Shown here: positions 56,901-64,000 of the stretch, one piece after another | How the letters are laid out: each line of letters opens with the position of its first letter | How positions within the stretch are numbered: the first letter of the stretch is position 1 | Source: a virus | Length of the DNA stretch: 64,000 nucleotides | Strand: one strand, 5' to 3' | Virus record (IMG/VR): IMGVR_UViG_3300033182_000489 | Location: 3,945-67,944 of that record | The notes under the pieces: generated by a model | Databases searched by the model: none | Told to the model about the DNA's origin: nothing | What the model saw: the letters and a program-made list of their open reading frames with translations, nothing else | Position numbers and translations under genes: made by a program

Positions 56901-59295
56901 CGCTGACAGCCACACGCTCGACGACGATGCGGTTGTTGGCGGTCGCTTTGTGCCAGGTGTAGCCGACGGTCCCGGCTCCGATGACCCGGAAGCAGCCGTT
57001 GTTCGCTGTGTTCGCCTCGTCCCTCATGGTGATGAACAACTCGGAGGACTTGCCGGACGGGTCGCTGCCCCCCTTGGTCAGGAGGTCGTAGAGGTTGCGC
57101 TTGCCGTGCAGGAGCAGGTTCGCAATCCCATCCGTGCTGAGATCATCGACGTTGGTGGCGTACCACTGCCCTGCGGTGTCGAAGTCAACGGCGATGGCCA
57201 GTTCGACCTCAAAATCACCCGAAGGGATGGCGGCTTGCGTCACGGCTCCGCTGTCTGCCAGGGGCAGGTCCGTGTTCGCCAGACCACCCAGCACGACGTA
57301 GGGGTACAAGAAATCCGTGTCGGCCAGCGGGAACATGGGGCCGGGGTGATCAGCGATAGCCTCGCCCTTGCCGGGAGCCTGACTCCAGGAGTAGGGCGCG
57401 GTGGCTCCACCCGTCTCACCCACGAAGCGCATGAGGAAGGGGGTCTGGTTCCCGTGGACGCCCGCACCGACGTCGATGATGTCGTCCCTCGTGAGCCAGT
57501 ACTCGTCGGGAGCAACGAAGCGCATGAAGCGGTCAGCCGTCTGGGACGTTGCCCGAGCGCCGTCTGTGCCCGTGGCCCCTCCGATGGAGAGCGTGATGAC
57601 TGAGCCGTTGGTCCACGATCCGCCCTTGCCGGGGATCATGCCGCCCACAGCGAAGCCAGCACCAGCCTCCCAGGTATCACCAGACACGGAAGGCTCGCCG
57701 CCCACGATGGACAGGAGCAGGCTCACGTCGTTCTGGACGACTGCGCTGTCGGAGAAGACCTCACGGATGCCGTCGAAGCCGTCGAGTTGCTCCGTCTGGT
57801 TGGGGAGGGTGCCTGCGCCCTTGCCGAGGTAGGTGTCCACCTCGATGATCTGGGTGCCCTGCGTGTTGGTTCCGTTGCCCTGCTTGTAGGACGACCGGAG
57901 CGAGCCATCGAGGACACGGCCCAGGTTGTGCTTGAGGATGTCCTCGTAGGACCACTCGCCAGGCGTGACCCCACGTCGGAGGTCCAGCACGTCGTGTGCA
58001 GCGATCTGGTCGGAGAAGCGTCCGTCGGGACGGAAGTTGAAGAACTGGATGCTCGATCCAGCCTGGTGGGGAGCAGCCTGAGAGCCGAAGCGTCCACGAC
58101 CCGCCGTGGGGGTCAGGGTTGCGCCCGTCCATGGGTTCGTGGTGTCGGTCGTCGAGGCGATCATGATCTCGCCCGTGGCAGCGTTGACTGCTTGGATGAC
58201 CATGATCTCGTTGTCGATCTGGAGCGCCATCGAGGACCAGTTGATGTTCACGTTGTCGAGACCGGAGCCCGACAGCCCCGTGACCGAGATCACGCCCGTC
58301 GTGGTCGCATCCAGAGCAGCAGTCAGGGTGACCGGGGTGAACGTCCGGGTGGCTTGCAGGGGATCAGTGATGCTCCCCGATACCGGATTTCTGTCCAGTC
58401 CGCCGTTCTGGTTGGCGTTGCCTGAATCCGTCCGGGCCACGAAGGCTCCGCTGTTGCGACGGAAGACCGCGCAGATCGGGATGGCGTAGACGTAGCCGTC
58501 CACAGTGCCGAGGTCCGTCCGGCTGGTGCTGTCACCCTGTCCTGCTCGCCAGAGGCCACGGTCGCCCAACTCGTCGCCCATGTTGGACCAGACGTAGCCG
58601 ACCACCGGGGTGTCCATCGCGCCCTGTGCGAGCACGTTGGGGTCATCCAGGCCGTCGGGGTACTGAGCGAGGTCCACGGAGTTGCCGAGGCCCTCACCGT
58701 TGCCGTAGGTGCGGATGCGGTACTGGATCTGGACGCGCTCCGTGGTCTCAAACCCCATGGTGGGGTCCATCATGTCGTCGTCGAAGTTCGTCCCGCCGTA
58801 CTGCGTGTTGCCGTACTTGTAGATGGTGCTCGCCGAGGGCTTGTTCGCGGTGCTGGGGTTGGCGGCGATCTGCGCCTGCCACACCTCAAGGAACACCAGG
58901 TCCACACGAGCGTCGGTGCCGGGAGGGTTGTAGAGGTTGATGCGGTTGCTGGGGTCACCGTCGCTTACCCCGGTGCCCGTGACCGGGACGAGCCAGCCAT
59001 TGACGTTGGCCCACATCATGGGCGCGTCCTCACTGGCGGACGGACGCCCCAACTTGAACCAGTTGCTCCAGTTCTCGTTGGTCACGAAGTCCTGGTCCGC
59101 CATCATAGGGTCGAGCAGGAACCCCGAGTGCATCTGGGACCGCACGACCTCAGCCATGCGGTTCATCTCCATCTGCGACATCAGGTTCAGTTCGGAGTCG
59201 AGCGGGGGCTTTGAAGCCTGCCATACCACCGTCTGAAACTGACGCTGAATGGCCGACAGTGTGCGGCTCACGCCGTTTCCGAAGTCCTGTGCCAT
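53911..59295 (-). CDS. Large virion structural protein (baseplate/tail)
   Basis: 1794 aa, G/T/D-rich; N-terminal VVWQASKPPLDSELN..DLVFLEVW..ETTERVQIQYRIR. Confidence 0.8.
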   Translation of the reverse strand: MAQDFGNGVSRTLSAIQRQFQTVVWQASKPPLDSELNLMSQMEMNRMAEVVRSQMHSGFLLDPMMADQDFVTNENWSNWFKLGRPSASEDAPMMWANVNGWLVPVTGTGVSDGDPSNRINLYNPPGTDARVDLVFLEVWQAQIAANPSTANKPSASTIYKYGNTQYGGTNFDDDMMDPTMGFETTERVQIQYRIRTYGNGEGLGNSVDLAQYPDGLDDPNVLAQGAMDTPVVGYVWSNMGDELGDRGLWRAGQGDSTSRTDLGTVDGYVYAIPICAVFRRNSGAFVARTDSGNANQNGGLDRNPVSGSITDPLQATRTFTPVTLTAALDATTTGVISVTGLSGSGLDNVNINWSSMALQIDNEIMVIQAVNAATGEIMIASTTDTTNPWTGATLTPTAGRGRFGSQAAPHQAGSSIQFFNFRPDGRFSDQIAAHDVLDLRRGVTPGEWSYEDILKHNLGRVLDGSLRSSYKQGNGTNTQGTQIIEVDTYLGKGAGTLPNQTEQLDGFDGIREVFSDSAVVQNDVSLLLSIVGGEPSVSGDTWEAGAGFAVGGMIPGKGGSWTNGSVITLSIGGATGTDGARATSQTADRFMRFVAPDEYWLTRDDIIDVGAGVHGNQTPFLMRFVGETGGATAPYSWSQAPGKGEAIADHPGPMFPLADTDFLYPYVVLGGLANTDLPLADSGAVTQAAIPSGDFEVELAIAVDFDTAGQWYATNVDDLSTDGIANLLLHGKRNLYDLLTKGGSDPSGKSSELFITMRDEANTANNGCFRVIGAGTVGYTWHKATANNRIVVERVAVSGGALTVGATVEVEFRTRYMNTEDNPGNAYPAIAICLTDLEGLTGGTENPWNGFGTSFLGQMVLDTSLLYGPSRGAMARVADALSRFTVIDPAGAGFTVLREAPENIDPDSTEFRARTGVPENEYYYPAQAVPTWNRLPSLGGHAPNAPAYGEGRYNFETLREAELFVDEGSKSVVFRPFQQMDMAWPLRTASADQIPAFYDPSHGGGAVMGGSGLFKQDKIFALPAEYMPRFGRQDIPIRATAGLTGPFRGINHLFGDSDVVTDLVRYVVGGSSNTAPVVTDAPLLVTTAAATALDYGAYGGAAVGFQGRLYDDVNARSSDINKPLRGIQFPPYLGAARVYAVYEAADYAARGSAWTDEGFTPKTTGSFATNLLRTDADKQTLFIVKDGAADVLAGHDAHTYVVPEEALNLEMIPGWDPATSTFAAYEYVVEVAVFGFAEGFINKNNYVMLRTDANLAYAPADGLYGDCRMIIPAAMGGVEGYSAFTRTVYQGDPYMTRDGATLQTADYQHRYGQVPTASANMVNTPLQQYDTDNDQIPEIPNARSLEVLASVDFWTTMGTGKMGGPVYAGTPTDPGVLTSPGTRLPESGTENPWQPRPRALTEGQPASAGYASISVLISDFAALTDQKVVISRGTDTATFEYGANWTVGADAVEATQNLATAINADDGTKHAIGVYAVAAGPVCHIHARMPGHTGANTDVRLSPATATPYTLTGVRLLENAPYGTLYATNFSIVSQAALSGSENVPANGKQVYNAPTPMRLTGMTDRLPLGILVNDSDFLGEDPLRKGVAYEVRSGGGDQATQAVTTFSADGQENTRLSGPGGVMGMADGAILQYTAYNATTAPDGVKKFRLYRGGGSAYVVSPEAAGGPVDFTAGGFSEGDDPVLKGAALVGRAYLVRNGYEDAFTGNVTRSYGDEVQMVIVTNAVYGESLDCDHGYALDGIISPTDYGKGYAASDRYRLEGKPMIKSRAALPSANIPLAPYPPEDPADDDPCP

Positions 59296-59354
59296 GTTCT
59301 ATGTCTCCGTAAGCGATGGATCAGGCGAGCCTCACCCTTACCCCGGAGGGCTTG

Positions 59355-59368
59355 ATAGCCGGACTACC
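59355..59368 (-). promoter_or_regulatory. Class B motif
   Basis: GGTAG TCCGG CTAT, identical to 683-696. Confidence 0.65.
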
Positions 59369-59531
59369 GGGAAGCGCGGTCGATAGCGTTCAACTTCGCC
59401 TGAGCGTTTCGCTTCTGATGCGCCGACGCGCCGGGATCACGAAGGACTTTGCGGTACACGTCCTTGCGGGCATCAGCCCATCGCTGTCGCTGCTTGCCCT
59501 TGAGGTCTTTGATGGAGAGGTGCTTCATCAT
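59364..59531 (-). CDS. Small basic protein
   Basis: Hand translation: MMKHLSIKDLKGKQRQRWADARKDVYRKVLRD.. Confidence 0.5.
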   Translation of the reverse strand: MMKHLSIKDLKGKQRQRWADARKDVYRKVLRDPGASAHQKRNAQAKLNAIDRASR

Positions 59532-59534
59532 GGC

Positions 59535-60710
59535 CTACAGCGGGGGCAGAAGGTCAGGGAACAGCACACAGAAGCCCTCGACGTAGATCTTGTCGGTGCC
59601 GAGGTTGAGAAATGCGATCCGCAACTCGGTGCCTGCGTTGACCAGGTCAATCGGCTCCAGGTAGGGGATGCGATACCACGACACGCCGTCGTCCACGCTG
59701 GCGTAGACCAGCAGGCTGGGGTCTTCCTCGGCGATCTCCACCAGGCTCTTGATGGCCGGGGAGTTGCCCGTCGGAGTCGCCGCAGCGGTGATCCCCTGGT
59801 CCTCGGTGGTCGCCATGCGGTTGACCTTCCACCACATCATCACCTCGTCGGTGCCGGGGTGGGCCTCGACGATGGTGAACCCGCTGACCCCGCCAGCAGC
59901 GACGACGGTGATCTGGGTGTTGGTCGGAGGCACGGGCCGCAGTTGGATGCGACTCGGGACCGTGGGGTCAATCACCGCCTGCACCAACGTCGCGAAGGAG
60001 TTGGCAGGGTCGTTGATCGCAGCCACGATGTCCGCCGCGATGCCCGCAGCGGTTCCGCTGCTCAGGGAGAAGTCGTCGTTGCCTGGGGTCCGAGCACCGC
60101 CCACTGCCTCAAGGGGGAGGGCGTCGAGGGCCACGATGTCACCGACGACGAGGGTGACCGGGTCGTTGACCTCGATGTAGCAGGGGTTGAAGTACCACAG
60201 GTCGATCATCGCCGTGACGAGCGAGCCGTACAGGTTGTTCGCGCGGCCTTCCGTCCGGGGCAGGATGGCCAGCGAGTTGGGGACCATTCCCACCGAAGGA
60301 GCGCCTGTAGGGCCTCCCAGTTGGCACCGGGGGACCGTGTTGGGGCCGAGCGGTGAGGGGAGTGCTGGGGTCGTGTTCGCGGCAGTCGGCTGCGGCGTGG
60401 GGCTGGTCAGGTCGAAGGCGTCCACGTCGCCGTTGTCGATGTAGAAGTTGTAGATGATGTGGTCGTACATCGGGTAGCGGATCAGGAACTCGGCTGCGGT
60501 CCGCGAAGGGATGGAGTCGAGGTCTTCCTGGGGGAACCAGAAGGAGGATGAATCCACCTCCAACGCCGCGCCCTCGGGGACAGGGAAGACCCACTGTCCG
60601 TTGACCGGAGTGCTGCTACCCGTTTCGGGAGTCGAGTCGGTACGAACAATACGTCCGCCAGGGGCGACCCCTGTCGTGTCGTGGCTTGCGATGTCGGTGA
60701 AGATTCTCAT
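59535..60710 (-). CDS. Virion structural protein
   Basis: Shares the IVAAIND module with 10141-12255; YASVDDGVSW..LRIAF. Confidence 0.7.
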   Translation of the reverse strand: MRIFTDIASHDTTGVAPGGRIVRTDSTPETGSSTPVNGQWVFPVPEGAALEVDSSSFWFPQEDLDSIPSRTAAEFLIRYPMYDHIIYNFYIDNGDVDAFDLTSPTPQPTAANTTPALPSPLGPNTVPRCQLGGPTGAPSVGMVPNSLAILPRTEGRANNLYGSLVTAMIDLWYFNPCYIEVNDPVTLVVGDIVALDALPLEAVGGARTPGNDDFSLSSGTAAGIAADIVAAINDPANSFATLVQAVIDPTVPSRIQLRPVPPTNTQITVVAAGGVSGFTIVEAHPGTDEVMMWWKVNRMATTEDQGITAAATPTGNSPAIKSLVEIAEEDPSLLVYASVDDGVSWYRIPYLEPIDLVNAGTELRIAFLNLGTDKIYVEGFCVLFPDLLPPL

Positions 60711-60719
60711 GGTGTTGCT

Positions 60720-61706
60720 TTACCCCTGGATCGTCTTGAAGGTCTGGAGCGCGGTACGCTGCGCCGTGAGGCCATCCAGATTGGCTTCGACAGGGGCGCT
60801 GGCTTTGGGCTGTGTGACCTCACCCGTGATCCGACCGTTGGCGTCGAAGGTGGCAGTCTTGTAGTTGGTCATCTTGTCGTTTTGCCGGAGCGTGCCGCGA
60901 GCCCTCTCCCGCTCAAACTCTCCGTTCCGCACCTTGTCGAACTTCCGGTACTGCTTGGGGTCACGGGCGGGTGCCAGGGAGGCGTCCCGCACGATGTAGG
61001 CTGGGTGCTCCAGCCTCCGACCCACACCGGTCGCCGTAATGTCGAGGAACGACTGAGGCGGCTCCACCTTCGGGTCCGGGTGGTCCTTGAAGTAGTGCTC
61101 CGTGGGGTTCGTGCTGTTGGTCAACGCCTCCTCCATGACGTACTGGAGGTCGGATCGAAGCATCCGCAGGAAGTTGCCGTAGATGAACCACCCCTTCGGT
61201 GCCTTGCTGTCGATCAGCCGCAGCACGTCCCGGTCACCGGAGCGAGCCGTCTCACGGAAGATGCACCGCGTCGAGATGATGAAGTCCCAGTCGTCCACCC
61301 CTGCGAGCAGGTACTCGGTGAAGTTGGCAGCCTCCAACTCGACGTTGGCGGGCAGCGCGCTGGCGACCTCCAGGTTCGCCGTCGCAGAGGCGATGGCCTC
61401 CAGAGACAGGTCGATGCCTCGGTAGATGACCTCCGGGCGCGTGGCGTGGAGCACCTTGGCGAAGTCGCCGTTGCCGCACCCGATGTCCAGCACCCGCGTG
61501 ATCCCAGCAGGGATCTTCGACACGATGGCGGCGAACACCGCGTTGCGTCGGGTTTGCACCTGTTCTGCGGTCAGTTCGACACCACTGGTGTCGAGAGGGC
61601 CCGGATCGCGCTGGGCCCAGCCGTTCTCGGTCACCTCCGCTATCGCAGGGGCCATGCTCTCGGCTCGTGCGTATCTGCTGATGTAGGTTCCGATGGATGA
61701 TGCCAT
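60720..61706 (-). CDS. Class I SAM-dependent methyltransferase
   Basis: RVLDIGCGNG, YRGIDLS, WDFIIS. Confidence 0.85.
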   Translation of the reverse strand: MASSIGTYISRYARAESMAPAIAEVTENGWAQRDPGPLDTSGVELTAEQVQTRRNAVFAAIVSKIPAGITRVLDIGCGNGDFAKVLHATRPEVIYRGIDLSLEAIASATANLEVASALPANVELEAANFTEYLLAGVDDWDFIISTRCIFRETARSGDRDVLRLIDSKAPKGWFIYGNFLRMLRSDLQYVMEEALTNSTNPTEHYFKDHPDPKVEPPQSFLDITATGVGRRLEHPAYIVRDASLAPARDPKQYRKFDKVRNGEFERERARGTLRQNDKMTNYKTATFDANGRITGEVTQPKASAPVEANLDGLTAQRTALQTFKTIQG

Positions 61707-61714
61707 GATTTCTC

Positions 61715-64000
61715 CTACAGCACGATGTTGTTGGCATTGACACTGGTCCCCGCCCAGGTCCACTTGGCCTGGTTGAAGTTTTCGGTGCCTGTAGTGTCGT
61801 TGTTGCTCATGTTGGAGGTCACGATCCCCTCGGGGATCATGTCATTGGGGTTCGGGGAGATGGTGTTCGCCCAGTTGACCTCGATCAGTACACCACTGGA
61901 ATCGCCACGGACGATGTTGTTCGTCACGTTCCAGTAGTCATTCGTGTTGCCCGACTTCCCGGCTCCGAGGGTGTTGCCGGGCCCGATGTCAAAGTACACC
62001 CGGAACGAGGTGGCGTCGTCTGCGTTACCTGCAACATTGTTGCCCGTCATCACCAGTCCTCGGATCGTGCAGAAAATCCCAGACAGCCTCAGAAGACCGT
62101 CCTGGCTGTTGATGCCGGAGATCCACTGTTGGGTGTTCCCTTCGATCTGGTTGTGGGAGACAGACACAGTCTGTGCCTTGGTGATGTCGGTGACACCCCC
62201 CTGACCACTCCCGTCGATGAACCCATTGAGTGCGACGTTGACCGCGTTGACCCCCACGTTGCGGACCTGGTTGCTGTCGCAACTGATGGTGGACATGCCC
62301 GAGGGGGCCTGGTCGTTCACAGCAGCCAAGATCAACGAAACACCCGTCCACCCCTGGGCGTTGTCCAGGACGGTGAGGTAGCAGTGGTTGTGGTCCACAG
62401 AAACGGCGTGGATGTTCGACGAGAGGCCGGGGAAGACGTAGGAGCACCCTCCTTCAAACGCGACCATCGGAGATCCCGTCCCCGAGGAAAAAGTCTGTCT
62501 CCCGGTGACGACCGTGTTCCGAGAAGCCGTGAAGCCATGGACGTTTCCGCCAGCGCCTGATGTCCCACCGTGCCTCCAGTGAGCGCCTCTACGACTACAG
62601 TCCGTGATGGTGTTGCCGTTCATGGAGCCGTTCTTCAACGTGACGTCGTAGTGCTTCATGTCAGTGTCGCACTGATGGACGTAGATGCCCGTGCGGCAGT
62701 TGCTGATGACGTTGTCGTCGATGTGGACGTTTACGAACTTGCCCTCGTAGTCGCGGCTGCCGTCCTCCCCTTCCCAGCGGATGCCGTAGTCATTCTCGTC
62801 CCCCAACTGCCGGATCTGGTTGCGGCTGATGGACATATCCTCGATGTCCACGTCCGAGTCCCCCAGCACCCGAAGTCGGATGCCGCCGTCGGCGTTGTCG
62901 GACAGCGTCATGATGTTGTCGTCGAGGCTGATCCCATTCAGTACGGTGTCGAGGCACTGGAGGTAGATGCCATACGCTTCCGTGGCCCCTCCGCTGAAAC
63001 CGCTGTAGCGCATCTGGTTCCGAGAAACCGACAACCGCTGCGTGGTGGGAAGGTCCAACTCGATGCCAGACCCCAGCACGTTGAGAGAGAGGCCGGTGCT
63101 CTCGGTCGTCGAGTTGTCGTCCACGCGGAGGTCAACGACCGAGTTGTAGGGGGCGAGATCAAGGTAGAACGCTGTCGCACCATTGGTGGTGCCACAGTTG
63201 GCGAGGGTGTTTCCGCTGACAGAGACGGTGCTGATAATGGACAGCGAAACGGTACTGGCGGGGTTGACTCCCAACTCGACCACGGGCAGGGCAGCGGCGC
63301 TGGTGCCTGAGAGGTCGATGATGTTGTTCTCCAGGATGATCCCCCGGTCGGTGTTGGAGCCTGCCACCGCAGCCTCACCGCCAAACAGGCACTTGATCGC
63401 TTGCACGTCCTGGTTGTAGATGTGGTTCCCAGTGACCTCAAAGGACTGGGTTGCGCCTTCCGAGACGTAGAGAAGGCCCGTGGCGCTGGACCCCGAGGTG
63501 CTGTTCGCTGCGATCTTGTTGTCGGTGATGCAGATATTTCTCGTGAAGCCAGTCTCCGCCCCGTCGAAGGCGATGCTGATCCCGTTGAGGAACGCATCCT
63601 CGACGTTGTTCCGGCTCATGGACAGCGTCTCGATGTCCATGTCGTTGAAGGCGAGCACAGCGCCGCCCGTGCCTCCCTTGAGCGTGTTGTCGTCGAAGGA
63701 GAGGTTGTTGGACTGGAGGTCCGCAACGCCGTTGCCGTTGAGGATGATGTTCAAGGCGTTGAGCACCGTGGCACCGGAGTCCAGGACGGGGAGGGTGATC
63801 TGGTTCGACACCACGTCCAGGGTCTCAATCTCCGTCTCCGTCGCCGCGATGACCAGTGGTCCTCCGAGGAGGTTGTCGGAGATCATCCACTCCTGACAGG
63901 TCAGACTTCCAGCCCCGCCAGTGGCGTTGATGCTCACGGCAGGGGCCTGAGAGGCCGGGACCGCGTTCGGGCCCGTGGAGTTGATGGTGTTGTTCTGGGC
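61715..64000 (-). CDS. Right-handed beta-helix tail fibre/spike protein (5' end outside the window)
   Basis: Frame open to the window end; many I..N.I parallel beta-helix repeats. Confidence 0.8.
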   Translation of the reverse strand, partial: AQNNTINSTGPNAVPASQAPAVSINATGGAGSLTCQEWMISDNLLGGPLVIAATETEIETLDVVSNQITLPVLDSGATVLNALNIILNGNGVADLQSNNLSFDDNTLKGGTGGAVLAFNDMDIETLSMSRNNVEDAFLNGISIAFDGAETGFTRNICITDNKIAANSTSGSSATGLLYVSEGATQSFEVTGNHIYNQDVQAIKCLFGGEAAVAGSNTDRGIILENNIIDLSGTSAAALPVVELGVNPASTVSLSIISTVSVSGNTLANCGTTNGATAFYLDLAPYNSVVDLRVDDNSTTESTGLSLNVLGSGIELDLPTTQRLSVSRNQMRYSGFSGGATEAYGIYLQCLDTVLNGISLDDNIMTLSDNADGGIRLRVLGDSDVDIEDMSISRNQIRQLGDENDYGIRWEGEDGSRDYEGKFVNVHIDDNVISNCRTGIYVHQCDTDMKHYDVTLKNGSMNGNTITDCSRRGAHWRHGGTSGAGGNVHGFTASRNTVVTGRQTFSSGTGSPMVAFEGGCSYVFPGLSSNIHAVSVDHNHCYLTVLDNAQGWTGVSLILAAVNDQAPSGMSTISCDSNQVRNVGVNAVNVALNGFIDGSGQGGVTDITKAQTVSVSHNQIEGNTQQWISGINSQDGLLRLSGIFCTIRGLVMTGNNVAGNADDATSFRVYFDIGPGNTLGAGKSGNTNDYWNVTNNIVRGDSSGVLIEVNWANTISPNPNDMIPEGIVTSNMSNNDTTGTENFNQAKWTWAGTSVNANNIVL

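Noticed and set aside
1-64000. Stop-codon recoding; tRNA or rRNA genes
   Set aside because: Conserved genes are full-length in the standard code, ending in TAG/TGA/TAA; no cloverleaf or rRNA sequence seen by eye (tRNAscan-SE would confirm)

Overview
GC-rich, gene-dense 64-kb segment that reads as part of a large (probably jumbo) contractile-tailed dsDNA phage. Virion genes include a tail tube, neck, baseplate J and gp25-like proteins, a 1794-aa tail/baseplate protein and a beta-helix fibre. Replication and repair genes include a family A polymerase, DnaB helicase, DnaC-like loader, stand-alone primase Zn domain, intein-containing SNF2, NAD+ ligase and DEDDh exonuclease. There are also lysis candidates, a phage sigma factor, two free-standing endonucleases and islands of small accessory genes. 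No rRNA, tRNA or CRISPR array was recognised. Most notable: (1) a ~110-nt structured leader plus the first 7 codons (MxDDHTL) is shared by two unrelated endonuclease genes; (2) a volactin-like actin sits among helix-extension-helix (HeH) proteins; (3) two strongly repeated promoter-like motifs, TGGTTGGAGCG-N11-CCGT (7 copies) and GGTAG-N5-CTAT (14 copies), plus RBS-sequestering hairpins; (4) a candidate kissing-loop ncRNA; (5) a cassette-like array of genes sharing one 3' end. All protein calls come from motif recognition by eye; no database search was run.
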